From NCBI GenBank assembly GCA_017632535.1, contig JAGBRC010000009.1, positions 6,162-70,161 of the forward strand: DNA of 64,000 bases, written 5' to 3'. Position numbers and translations under genes: made by a program. This document shows positions 1 through 8,999 of the stretch, in pieces. The notes below the pieces were generated by a model. The model was given only the letters and a program-made list of their open reading frames with translations. It ran no database searches and had not been told where the DNA came from. Origin of the DNA: Aeriscardovia sp. Its GTDB lineage: Bacteria > Actinomycetota > Actinomycetes > Actinomycetales > Bifidobacteriaceae. How positions within the stretch are numbered: position 1 is the first letter of the stretch; every line of letters begins with the position of its first letter.

Positions 1-233
1 TTGAGGAAGAAGACCATCATTTCCGTCCAACGGGGCATGTCGCGCCTATGGACGAAGACGTGGCTCATGCTGGCCGAATAGTTGTAGGCCAAAGCCACCA
101 AAAAGCCGATTGAGACACCGAGAATGGAGCCAAAATGGGCCAAAAGGAGCACGTTCATGACCGACCAGTTTATGCAGAACGCGATCCCGCCCACTGCTCC
201 AAATCTGACGAGCTGACCTATCAGTCTTTTCAT
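1..233 (-). CDS. GtrA-like membrane protein (N-terminal part; gene runs off the left edge of the window)
   Basis: Reverse-strand reading frame starts at ATG 233-231 and has no stop before position 1, so it is absent from the ORF track. My hand translation, MKRLIGQLVRFGAVGGIAFCINWSVMNVLLLAHFGSILGVSIGFLVALAYNYSASMSHVF..., is hydrophobic with the LxRF-x-x-VG N-terminus typical of GtrA-family proteins. Confidence 0.5.
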   Translation of the reverse strand, partial: MKRLIGQLVRFGAVGGIAFCINWSVMNVLLLAHFGSILGVSIGFLVALAYNYSASMSHVFVHRRDMPRWTEMMVFFL

Positions 234-263
234 GGATTTGCCTTCCCCAGTCGGGGTAGAAGG

Positions 264-716
264 CTACTCCTCGGTGACGGCTACAGTGAACTCGGAGACG
301 ATCTGCGGGTAGAGGCGGGCCTCCACCTTGTATCTTCCAGTCTGCTTTATCGCATCGAAGTGCAAAGTCTTGGGATCCACTTCGATGCCCTTGTCCTTGA
401 GCTTTTCAGCTATGGCTTCGGGGCTGATGCCGCCGAAGAGTTTGCCGCTGTCGGAGACCTTTGCGGGGATGATGACGGTCACTCCGTCGAGCATGTCCTT
501 GAGGGCTGCGGCCTTCTGCCTGCTTTCGACCTTCTCCGCATCCCTCTTGGCAAACTGGGCAGCCTCTTTCTCTGCGGCCTTGGCGGTCCAAAGCTGGGCC
601 TGCCCGGTGGGGACCAAAAAGTTCCTGGCGTACCCCGCCGCCACTTCAACGCTCTGTCCGGCAGAGCCTAGGGAGGGGACGTCTTGGGTCAGTATGACTT
701 TTATCTGCTTGCTCAT
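264..716 (-). CDS. rplI: 50S ribosomal protein L9
   Basis: ORF 264..770 trimmed to the internal ATG, giving MSKQIKVILTQDVPSLGSAGQSVEVAAGYARNFLVP, a typical L9 N-terminus. Last gene of the rpsF-ssb-rpsR-rplI block. Confidence 0.93.
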   Translation of the reverse strand: MSKQIKVILTQDVPSLGSAGQSVEVAAGYARNFLVPTGQAQLWTAKAAEKEAAQFAKRDAEKVESRQKAAALKDMLDGVTVIIPAKVSDSGKLFGGISPEAIAEKLKDKGIEVDPKTLHFDAIKQTGRYKVEARLYPQIVSEFTVAVTEE

Positions 717-723
717 GTTCACC

Positions 724-972
724 TCACCGGTTAGAAGCGGAATAGGGCAGGAGCGCCATTTCTCTTGCATTCTTTATGGCGTTCGCGATCTTGTGCTGCT
801 GCTGGACGGTGACGCCCGTGATCCTCCTGGAGCGGATCTTGCCCCTGTCGGATATGAACTTGCGCAGAAGCGCCACGTCCTTGTAGTCGACTTTGCCGAC
901 CTTTATGGCCGAAAAGCTCGCCGGCTTTTTATAAACCTTGGATGAAAACTGCATTCTTCTAGACATCTTCAA
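724..972 (-). CDS. rpsR: 30S ribosomal protein S18
   Basis: 82 aa with [49 protein letters not shown], the S18 signature region. Sits between ssb and rplI. Exact start (M1 or M3) is uncertain. Confidence 0.93.
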   Translation of the reverse strand: MKMSRRMQFSSKVYKKPASFSAIKVGKVDYKDVALLRKFISDRGKIRSRRITGVTVQQQHKIANAIKNAREMALLPYSASNR

Positions 973-981
973 CTTCTCTCT

Positions 982-1506
982 TTAAAAGCCCGGATCTTCG
1001 TCTATGCCCAGGGGGTTGTCCGGCATACCCCCGCCGTAGGAGTAGTCTCCTCCGCCGGCCCAGGGATCTTGGGAAGGCTGCTGGGCAGGGGGAGCCTGTC
1101 TCTGAGGGGCCTTGGAGTAGCTCTGCGGGGCGAAGTCGTCCCTGGGGGCCTTGGTCACAGAGCAGGAAGCGTACATGAGAGAGGGTCCTACGTCCGTCAC
1201 TTTGAGCTCTGTGGCCGTGCGCTTTTCGCCCTGCTGGGTCTGGTAGGAGCGGGCCGTGAGGGTTCCTTGCACTATCACCCTCATCCCCTTGGAGAGGGAG
1301 TTTACGACGTGGTCGGCCAGGTTCCCCCAGGCCGAGCAGTTCATAAACAGGGTCTCGCCCTCCTGCCTCTGCCCAGTAGAAGGGTCCAGCCTGTAGGGGG
1401 TGGATCCTACGCGGAAGGAAGCGAGCTTGGATCCGCTCGGGAAGCTTCTCAGCTCGGGATCCGCCGTGAGGTAGCCTATCAGGGTTACAAAAGTTTCATT
1501 GGGCAT
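982..1506 (-). CDS. ssb: single-stranded DNA-binding protein
   Basis: 174 aa with an OB-fold N-terminus (VTLIGYLTADPELRSFPSGSKLASFRV), a Gly/Pro/Gln-rich tail and an acidic tip IDEDPGF. Canonical position between rpsF and rpsR. Confidence 0.92.
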   Translation of the reverse strand: MPNETFVTLIGYLTADPELRSFPSGSKLASFRVGSTPYRLDPSTGQRQEGETLFMNCSAWGNLADHVVNSLSKGMRVIVQGTLTARSYQTQQGEKRTATELKVTDVGPSLMYASCSVTKAPRDDFAPQSYSKAPQRQAPPAQQPSQDPWAGGGDYSYGGGMPDNPLGIDEDPGF

Positions 1507-1799
1507 TAGCGCTTGTCCTCGCGCAGGACCTTGGTGCGCACTACGTTTTCGTTCAGCTTCATCTGCCTGTCGAGCTCGGCGCAGGCTTCGGGGGTGCAGG
1601 AGAAGTGGGCTACGAGGTAGAACCCGTCGTCTAGGCCGTTTATCTGGTAGGCCAGGCGGCGCTTGCCCCAGTAGTCTATGTCTTTAACTTCGCCGCCGTC
1701 TTCCGCGACGACGGTCATGAACTGTTCCATCAGCTTCTTGACGCTGGCCTCTTCCATGGAAGGATTTATTATGGCCATCATTTCGTAAGGATGAGACAC
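1506..1799 (-). CDS. rpsF: 30S ribosomal protein S6
   Basis: 97 aa, GTG start preceded by AAGGAGG. MSHPYEMMAIINPS...WGKRRLAYQING matches S6. Its stop overlaps the ssb start by 1 nt. Confidence 0.92.
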   Translation of the reverse strand: MSHPYEMMAIINPSMEEASVKKLMEQFMTVVAEDGGEVKDIDYWGKRRLAYQINGLDDGFYLVAHFSCTPEACAELDRQMKLNENVVRTKVLREDKR

Positions 1800-1821
1800 T
1801 TAACCTCCTTTGGTCTTTTCG

Positions 1822-1838
1822 GCCGCGCATGGCGCGGC
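1822..1838 (-). promoter_or_regulatory. GC-rich hairpin in the rpsF 5' leader (possible S6:S18 autoregulatory element or read-through barrier)
   Basis: Perfect 7-bp stem GCCGCGC / GCGCGGC with a 3-nt loop, ending about 22 nt upstream of the rpsF GTG and just 5' of its AAGGAGG. No U-run follows on either strand, so it is not a classical terminator. Confidence 0.25.
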
Positions 1839-1857
1839 AGGAGTTTTACTCGTTAAT

Positions 1858-2622
1858 TCAGTCTACCTGCGGGGCCTTACAATCCCCTAGGCCGAGTGAG
1901 GCCAGATCCTGGCAGCGGGAGTCTGAAAAGTGGCCGATGAGGCAGTTGGCTATGACCCTGTATCCCTCATAGCTGGGGTGGAAGCAGTCCGAGCACCAGA
2001 ACCACTTGGTATCACCATAGGGGGTTCCCACAGTCTGGTTGACGTAAAAGGCGCCGTTTGCGTCGCACACTTCCTGGGCTACTTTGGCCTGCTGCAGGGT
2101 GGCCTTCTTGAGGCGATCCTGCAGGGCCCGCCCAAAAGCGGGGACCATGTAGACTTCGGCCGAAGAGAAGACTATGACCCTGTCTGCCAGGGCCTTGGCC
2201 ATGTCTATAGATTCTTTGAGCTCCCTTTGCCACTTTTCATCGGCAGGCCTGAAGGCCATGAGGTCGTTGCTTCCAGCGCAGAGCATCAAAACGTCCCAGT
2301 GCCCCCCCTCTAGCGAGGGGAGCATCCTGTAGCGCGCGCGAGTGAGAGTGGCTCCGAACTTTCCCACGAGCTCCCACTCGACGTTTCGGTTCATCCTTTT
2401 GGACAGGAGCCTCAAAAATTGGGGGATGAGGCCGTAGCGCGTGTTGGAGCACCCGCACCCCAGGACCATGGAATCTCCCACGGCCACGGTGGACAGGGGC
2501 CTGCCCTCCCCGCCTTCGACCTCTATAAGCCCCTTTTTCTCCCCCGGGGGCTCTTTGGCAAAATCAATGTTTTTGAGTTTTAGCGCGTCGATGGACGCCG
2601 CCACTTTTTCCAAGGCGTTCAT
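1858..2622 (-). CDS. SGNH/GDSL-family hydrolase
   Basis: 254 aa with block I GDSMVLG, block III AGSNDL and block V DCFHPS (DxxH). Confidence 0.75.
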   Translation of the reverse strand: MNALEKVAASIDALKLKNIDFAKEPPGEKKGLIEVEGGEGRPLSTVAVGDSMVLGCGCSNTRYGLIPQFLRLLSKRMNRNVEWELVGKFGATLTRARYRMLPSLEGGHWDVLMLCAGSNDLMAFRPADEKWQRELKESIDMAKALADRVIVFSSAEVYMVPAFGRALQDRLKKATLQQAKVAQEVCDANGAFYVNQTVGTPYGDTKWFWCSDCFHPSYEGYRVIANCLIGHFSDSRCQDLASLGLGDCKAPQVD

Positions 2623-2643
2623 AATCCTTCTTTCGCCCGCGGC

Positions 2644-4230
2644 CTATTCTTCCGCCACGAGATCCAAGTAATCGTCTTCCCACCTGTCTTCAACACCATC
2701 GGGAAGCAATAAAATCCTGTCGGGCCTGAGGGCCTCCAGGGCGCCCCTGTCGTGGGTGACGAGGATGCAGGCCCCCTTGTAGCCCGATATTGCTTCCAAG
2801 ATCTTTTCCCTGCTTGCCGGGTCGAGGTTGTTTGTAGGCTCGTCTAGAAGCAGCAGGTTTGCTCCAGAGTATGCCAGCGAGGCCAAAGAGAGGCGCGTCT
2901 TTTCCCCGCCGGAGAGCACCCCTGCCCTTTTATACACTTCGTCGCTTGAAAAAAGGAAACCGCCCAGGGCCGTGCGCGCCTCTTCTTCGCTCATCTTTGG
3001 GCAGGCTCCCATCATATTTTCAAGCACCGTCTTTTCCCCGTCGAGGTTCTCGTGCTCCTGGGAAAAGTAGCCCACTTTGCACTTTTCCCCCAAAAGGGCT
3101 TCTCCCTCCTCCGGGAAAAGCTGTCCGGAAAGGAGCCTTAAAAACGTGGTCTTTCCGGCCCCGTTGGCCCCGAGAATGGCAATCCTGGAATCCCTTTCCA
3201 CCGTGAGGTCCAGGCCGTCCAAGACTGGCTTTCCCCCGTAGCCGTAGGAAAGCCCCCGGCACTCGGCCAAAATCCTCCCCCCTCTCTCGGGCTCGGGGAG
3301 GCGTATGTTGGCGCTCTTCTCCCTTTTGGCTTCGAACCTGTTTTCTTCCAACAGCTTTTCTGCCCGCTTTTCCATATTTTTGGCAGCTACGGCCTTTGTG
3401 GCCTTCGCCCCCAGGGAGGCGCTCACCTTTAAGAGTTTTTCGGCCTGCTTTTTGGCATTTTCCGCGGCCTTTTTCGCCCTCTCCTCCCTGGCGGTCCTCT
3501 CCTTGAGGAAGGCGGTATACCCCATGGAGTATTTGTCGAAGACCCCGTCGCGCAGGTACCAGATTGCGTTGGCGCACTCGTCTAAAAGCTTTTGGGAGTG
3601 GGAGATTAAAAGCAGGGCCCCTCCGAAGTCCTTGAGCTTTTCGGTGAGCCACTCCACCGCGCCCGCGTCCAGGTGGTTGGTGGGCTCGTCCAAGATCAAG
3701 GTGTCGGCTCCGGCAAAGATTATCCTCGCCAGCTCCACCCTTCTTTTTTGCCCGCCCGACAGGGCTGAAAGGGGGGCGTCCATATAGTTCGCGATTTCCA
3801 GGCGGGAGGCCATTTTGGACGCCTCGGCCTTGGCGCTCCAACCCCCCTCGGCTTCGAACCTTTCAGAGAGCTTTTCCAGGCGGGAAATGTCTTTTTCCAG
3901 ATCCTTTCCCCCTTCTACTGCCCTCTGCACCTCCTCTATCCTTTTCATGAGGGACGAAAGGCCTTTGGCGGAAAGGATTCTTTCAAGGACCGTCTGGGAC
4001 TGGTTGGCCGCCCGGGTTTCCTGGGGAAGGTATCCCAAAGTCCCCCGGATCTGGACCTTTCCGCTTTCTGGGGGGAGCTCGCCCACGAGCGTTCGCACAA
4101 ACGTGGTCTTGCCCGCCCCGTTTTTGCCCACCAGGCCTATCTTTTCCCCGGCGCCTATGGAAAACGAGGTGGGGTAGAGGATCTGCCTGGCCCCCCAGCT
4201 TATAGACAAGTCATCGGCCGTAATCGACAT
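2644..4230 (-). CDS. ABC-F family ATPase (two nucleotide-binding domains, no membrane domain)
   Basis: Two Walker A motifs (GKNGAGKTT, GANGAGKTT), two signature motifs (LSGGQKRR, LSGGEKTR) and a charged interdomain linker. Start moved from the TTG at 4251 to ATG 4230 (MSITADDL), which has AAGGAAA 7 nt upstream. Confidence 0.88.
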   Translation of the reverse strand: MSITADDLSISWGARQILYPTSFSIGAGEKIGLVGKNGAGKTTFVRTLVGELPPESGKVQIRGTLGYLPQETRAANQSQTVLERILSAKGLSSLMKRIEEVQRAVEGGKDLEKDISRLEKLSERFEAEGGWSAKAEASKMASRLEIANYMDAPLSALSGGQKRRVELARIIFAGADTLILDEPTNHLDAGAVEWLTEKLKDFGGALLLISHSQKLLDECANAIWYLRDGVFDKYSMGYTAFLKERTAREERAKKAAENAKKQAEKLLKVSASLGAKATKAVAAKNMEKRAEKLLEENRFEAKREKSANIRLPEPERGGRILAECRGLSYGYGGKPVLDGLDLTVERDSRIAILGANGAGKTTFLRLLSGQLFPEEGEALLGEKCKVGYFSQEHENLDGEKTVLENMMGACPKMSEEEARTALGGFLFSSDEVYKRAGVLSGGEKTRLSLASLAYSGANLLLLDEPTNNLDPASREKILEAISGYKGACILVTHDRGALEALRPDRILLLPDGVEDRWEDDYLDLVAEE

Positions 4231-4312
4231 GGAATTTTTCCTTAAAAGCAAAAGTTATCTAATCTAGACTTTAGAGTAACGGCGCGAAAATCCACAAAAA
4301 ACAGAAGGCAGA

Positions 4313-7174
4313 ATGTCACAGGAAAACGGCGTTTTCATAGAAGACCTCTCAAATTTGCAAGCAAATAAAAAAATCGTCATAAAAGGCGCATCGGAGCACA
4401 ACTTGAAGGGGGTGGACCTGGAGATACCCAAAAACAAGCTGGTAGTCTTCACGGGTCTGTCGGGATCCGGCAAGAGCTCTCTTGCCTTCGACACCCTGTG
4501 CGCGGAAGGGCAGAGGCGCTACATGCAGTCCCTCTCCTCCTACGCCCGCCAATTTTTGGGCCAGATCCCCAAGCCCAAGGTGGACTCCATAGAGGGCCTC
4601 AGCCCCACGATCTCTATAGACCAGAAAAGTACCAACCACAACCCGAGGTCGACCGTGGGCACCGTGACCGAAATTTACGACTATATGAGGGTGCTCTTTT
4701 CCAGGATCTCCGTCCCCCACTGCCCGGTGTGCTTTGAAGAAGTGGGCAGGCAGAGCGCGGAGCAAATAGTGGATTCCATCTTGGGGGAGGGGGGATCTGT
4801 AGAAATCCTCGCCCCCCTCGCCCGAGAGAAAAAGGGGACTTTTGAATCCCTCCTTTCGGATCTGGCCTCCAAGGGCTACGCCCGGGCCGTGGTAGACGGA
4901 AAGTACTGCAGGACTTCCGAACCTCCGGAGCTTAAAAAGCAGGAAAAGCACACCGTCTTCGCCCTCGTAGACAGGCTAAACCTGGGGCCCGAGGAGCGAA
5001 GCCGCCTCACGGACTCCGTTGAAAGCGCCCTGGAGCTGTCCGGGGGGAGCGTGGTGGCCAGGTTCAAAGATGGGGAAGGGGTCAAAGACGAGTTCTTCAG
5101 CGAAAAAGTCTCCTGCCCCAACGGTCACGTTTTCGATCTGGATATGGAGCCGAGGAGCTTTTCTTTCAATTCCCCCCTGGGGGCGTGTCCGTCGTGCGGC
5201 GGCCTGGGGACAAAGGAGGAGATGGACCTTTCCCGAGTCATCCCAGATCCCTCCCTTTCGCTAAACCAGGGGGCGGTGGACCCATGGAACCATCAGATAA
5301 CCGACCACTCCAGGGAACTGTGGGATCTGAGCCAGCAGATGGGGTTCGACATGGATACCCCCTGGGAGGACCTTCCCGAAAACGTGAAGGAGGCCATCCT
5401 CTACAAGGGCTACGACTTTAGCGAAGGGAAGACGGTAAAAAACAGGTGGGGGCAAAAAAGGAGCCAGATTTTCGGATTTGAGCCCGTCTCCCACTGGCTG
5501 GATCGGAAAATCTCCCAGACAGATTCTGAACTCATCCGAAGCTGGTACTCAAAGTGGATGCACTCGACCGTGTGCTCCGAGTGCGGGGGCAAGAGGCTTA
5601 GACCTGAGATTTTGGCTGCATGGATCGACGGAAAGTCCATAGTGGACGTGTGCCAGATGTCGGTAAAAGAGGAGGCCGAGTGGGTGAAAAGTCTGAGTCT
5701 CACCCCAAAGCAGGAGCTCATAGCCAAAGATGCCCTGAAGGCCATAGGCCAGAGGCTGGAATTTCTTTTGGACATCGGCCTGGACTACCTCACGCTGATG
5801 AGGTCCGCCTCCACCCTCTCCGGGGGGGAGGCCCAGAGGATAAGGCTGGCCAACCAGATAGGATCCAAGCTCACCGGAGTGATGTACGTGCTAGACGAGC
5901 CCTCCATAGGCCTGCACCAGCGGGACAACGACAAGATGCTTGCCACCCTGAGGAGCCTGCAGTCTTTAGACAACACGGTGATTGTGGTAGAGCACGACGA
6001 AGACACGATAAGGAGCGCGGACTGGCTGGTGGACGTGGGGCCGTTGGCTGGAAAAGGCGGAGGGGAGATCATCTACTCCGGAGCCCCGGAAGGGATTTCT
6101 AGGGCTCCCCTCTCGATAACGGGTCAGTACATGACGGGGAAAAAGAAGATTTCCGTTCCCGCTTCAAGGCGGGCGCCCGGAGGATGGCTGAAGCTGAAAG
6201 ACGTAAACAGGAATAATCTGAGGCACCTGGACGTCTCCATCCCCCTACAGGTCTTTTCCACCATCACGGGAGTGTCTGGGTCGGGAAAGAGCACCCTCAT
6301 GGATGACATCCTCTACCCCAGGCTTTCCAGCGCCCTTAACGGATCTTCGGTGTTCGTAAATGAGGCCGAAGGAAAGATGGAGGGGGCGGAGGCTCTGGAT
6401 AAAGTCATCTATATCGACCAGTCCCCCATCGGGCGCACCCCGAGATCCAACCCTGCCACCTACACCGGGGTATGGAACGCGATAAGGGACCTTTTCGCCC
6501 GCACTCCCGAAGCGCAGGTGAGGGGCTATAAGCCGGGCCGGTTCTCCTTCAATGAGAAGGGCGGTAGGTGCGAGACATGCCACGGGGACGGAGTGATAAA
6601 CATAGAGATGAACTTCCTTCCCTCGGTGCAGATAACCTGCGACGCCTGCCAAGGGAGGAGGTACAACCGGGAGACTCTGCAGGTGGAATACAACGGAAAG
6701 AACATCTCCCAGGTCTTGGAGATGACGGTGAGCGAAGCCGCCTCCTTCTTTAAAAACATCCCTTCCATCCTTCTTTACCTCAAGGCTTTGGAAGACGTGG
6801 GCCTGGGCTATATCTCGCTGGGGCAAAACGCCACCACCCTCTCGGGGGGGGAGGCACAGAGGGTGAAGCTCGCTTCCGAGCTTCAAAAAAAGCAGACCGG
6901 AAGGACTATATACCTTTTGGACGAGCCCACCACGGGCCTGCACGCAGAAGACGTGCGCAAGCTTTTGGAAATCTTCAAGAGGCTGGTAGACAAAAAGAAC
7001 ACCTTGGTCGTGATAGAGCACAATCTGGACGTGATAAAAAGCTGCGACTACGTGATAGACCTTGGCCCCGAGGGAGGGGACAAGGGCGGAAAGGTCGTGG
7101 CCAAGGGAACGCCCGAAGAGGTGGCAAAGACCGGGACCTGGACCGGGCGCTACCTTTCCAAAGTCCTATGCTAG
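4313..7174 (+). CDS. uvrA: excinuclease ABC subunit A
   Basis: 953 aa. Begins IKGASEHNLKGVDLEIPKNKLVVFTGLSGSGKSSLAFDT, has a second ATPase module GVSGSGKST, zinc-finger cysteines and LSGGEAQR twice. Confidence 0.97.
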   Translation: MSQENGVFIEDLSNLQANKKIVIKGASEHNLKGVDLEIPKNKLVVFTGLSGSGKSSLAFDTLCAEGQRRYMQSLSSYARQFLGQIPKPKVDSIEGLSPTISIDQKSTNHNPRSTVGTVTEIYDYMRVLFSRISVPHCPVCFEEVGRQSAEQIVDSILGEGGSVEILAPLAREKKGTFESLLSDLASKGYARAVVDGKYCRTSEPPELKKQEKHTVFALVDRLNLGPEERSRLTDSVESALELSGGSVVARFKDGEGVKDEFFSEKVSCPNGHVFDLDMEPRSFSFNSPLGACPSCGGLGTKEEMDLSRVIPDPSLSLNQGAVDPWNHQITDHSRELWDLSQQMGFDMDTPWEDLPENVKEAILYKGYDFSEGKTVKNRWGQKRSQIFGFEPVSHWLDRKISQTDSELIRSWYSKWMHSTVCSECGGKRLRPEILAAWIDGKSIVDVCQMSVKEEAEWVKSLSLTPKQELIAKDALKAIGQRLEFLLDIGLDYLTLMRSASTLSGGEAQRIRLANQIGSKLTGVMYVLDEPSIGLHQRDNDKMLATLRSLQSLDNTVIVVEHDEDTIRSADWLVDVGPLAGKGGGEIIYSGAPEGISRAPLSITGQYMTGKKKISVPASRRAPGGWLKLKDVNRNNLRHLDVSIPLQVFSTITGVSGSGKSTLMDDILYPRLSSALNGSSVFVNEAEGKMEGAEALDKVIYIDQSPIGRTPRSNPATYTGVWNAIRDLFARTPEAQVRGYKPGRFSFNEKGGRCETCHGDGVINIEMNFLPSVQITCDACQGRRYNRETLQVEYNGKNISQVLEMTVSEAASFFKNIPSILLYLKALEDVGLGYISLGQNATTLSGGEAQRVKLASELQKKQTGRTIYLLDEPTTGLHAEDVRKLLEIFKRLVDKKNTLVVIEHNLDVIKSCDYVIDLGPEGGDKGGKVVAKGTPEEVAKTGTWTGRYLSKVLC

Positions 7175-8889
7175 AGCCATCCTGCGCCCCCAAAAGGCAG
7201 GACATCCCCGACACTTTCGGCGTCTACAAATGGAAGGACGGGAGTGGCAGGGTCATATACGTGGGGAAGGCCAAGAGCTTGAGAAATCGGCTCTCTTTCT
7301 ATTTTCAGCCCCCTTCCTCCCTTCCCCCCAGGACCCGAAGCATGGTGGGAGCCGCAAAGAGCCTGGAGTGGACGGTCGTAGACAACGAGCTGGAGGCCTT
7401 GGCCCTGGAGTACTCCTGGATAAAGGAGTTCGATCCCAAGTACAACGTGGTCTTTAAAGATGACAAGAGCTACCCCTACCTCGCCCTCTCGGCCAAGGAG
7501 GAGTTCCCGAGGCTCTTTGTAACCAGGAAGTCTAAAAGGAAGGGACTCGTATTTTTCGGGCCCTTTGCCAACCAGAAGCTCTTCCGGCTCCTGGGCCCCC
7601 TGACGCAGATCTTCCCCTTGCGCACTTGCAGCGACGAATCTTTCAAAATCCACCGGGCCCACAACAGGGCGTGCATCCTCTACGAACTGGGGCGCTGTTC
7701 GGGGCCCTGCGTGGGGGCGGTGGGAAAGGAAAAGTACGGCGAAATCGTGAAGGCCTTCTCTTCGGCGCTCACTTCCCCCTCGAGGGCGCAGGAAGAGAAA
7801 GCCAAGCTGAAAAGGGAAATGGAAGAGGAGAGGGGGGATTTCAACTTCGAAAAGGCCGCCAGGGCAAGAGACGAGCTTTTGGCTTTGGAGGAAGTGACGG
7901 AAAAAAATTCGGTTCTGAGATCTTCTGGGGACGAAGACGTGTTCGCCGCCGCCTCCGGAGAGGGAATCTGCTACTTTTACCAGATGACGGTAAGGGGAGG
8001 GAGGATCCGGGCCGAGAGGAGCTGGAGCGCGGACTTTGTGGAAGAAGAGACAAAAGAAGGCCTCCTTTCCAGGTTGCTGTTTTCCTTTTATTCTTCCAAG
8101 ACCCAGCAAGATTTTGAAGCCGACAGGTCTTCGGTTCCAGACAACGGGTTTCAAACTACGCGCGCATCCTGGCCCAAAGAGGTGCTCGTCCCCTTCCTGC
8201 CCGAGGACGCCGAGGGCATAGAAGAGATGCTCGCCTGCGCCTCGAAAAGGAAGGTGGAGGTCAAAGTCCCCAAGAGGGGCCCCAAAAAATCCCTTCTTGA
8301 AGAGGCGCAAAAAAATGCCGAAGAGGGTCTAAAGAGGCTGGAAAAAAGCTCCCTCAAAAAATCCGAAGCCCGCAAGGGGGCGCTGGAGGAGGCGCAAAAG
8401 CTCTTGTCGCTGCCGTCCCTTCCCCTCCTCATCGAGGGCTTCGACATCTCAAACTCCGCCTCCGGAGGGCAGCAGGTGGGATCCTGCGTGTCTTTTGCAA
8501 ATGGGGAAAAGAATGCGAAAGGCTACAGGAAGTTTTCCCTCCCTTCCTACAAAGACGATCTGGGGGCGCTCGAAGAAGTGGTCAAAAGGCGCTACGAAAT
8601 GGACCTCCCCCTTCCCGACCTCGTCTTGGTGGATGGGGGCCCAGAGCAGCTCAAGGCGGCCCGCCGCGGCCTCGAGGAGGCTTTGGGAAAGAGCGGGAGC
8701 CGGATTCCTCTGGCGGCCCTCTCAAAGAGGCTGGAAGAAGTGTGGCTGGAAGGGGAAGCTTATCCCCTGATCCTTTCCAGAACCGATCCCCTCCTCCTCC
8801 TTTTGGAAAATGTGAGAGACGAATCTCACCGCTTCGCCATTGCCTACCACCGCCTGCTTAGGCAAAAGAGCCTACAAGAAGAGCGGTGA
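7168..8889 (+). CDS. uvrC: excinuclease ABC subunit C, apparently lacking the C-terminal (HhH)2 domain
   Basis: GIY-YIG N-terminus (GVYKWKDGSGRVIYVGKAKSLRNR), UVR motif (FEKAARARDELLALEEV) and endonuclease domain ending RDESHRFAIAYHRLLRQK. The stop comes 7 codons after that motif. ATG overlaps the uvrA stop (ATGCTAG). Confidence 0.9.
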   Translation: MLEPSCAPKRQDIPDTFGVYKWKDGSGRVIYVGKAKSLRNRLSFYFQPPSSLPPRTRSMVGAAKSLEWTVVDNELEALALEYSWIKEFDPKYNVVFKDDKSYPYLALSAKEEFPRLFVTRKSKRKGLVFFGPFANQKLFRLLGPLTQIFPLRTCSDESFKIHRAHNRACILYELGRCSGPCVGAVGKEKYGEIVKAFSSALTSPSRAQEEKAKLKREMEEERGDFNFEKAARARDELLALEEVTEKNSVLRSSGDEDVFAAASGEGICYFYQMTVRGGRIRAERSWSADFVEEETKEGLLSRLLFSFYSSKTQQDFEADRSSVPDNGFQTTRASWPKEVLVPFLPEDAEGIEEMLACASKRKVEVKVPKRGPKKSLLEEAQKNAEEGLKRLEKSSLKKSEARKGALEEAQKLLSLPSLPLLIEGFDISNSASGGQQVGSCVSFANGEKNAKGYRKFSLPSYKDDLGALEEVVKRRYEMDLPLPDLVLVDGGPEQLKAARRGLEEALGKSGSRIPLAALSKRLEEVWLEGEAYPLILSRTDPLLLLLENVRDESHRFAIAYHRLLRQKSLQEER

Positions 8890-8999
8890 CTAAAATAGAA
8901 GGAGAAACAGTTGTTACAAAAATTCAAAAAAGCGTCAAAAGCTCCGCCCTCCTGGGCGCAGTATGCAGTTTTTACAAAAAGCGGTGAGAGAGGCGAAGT

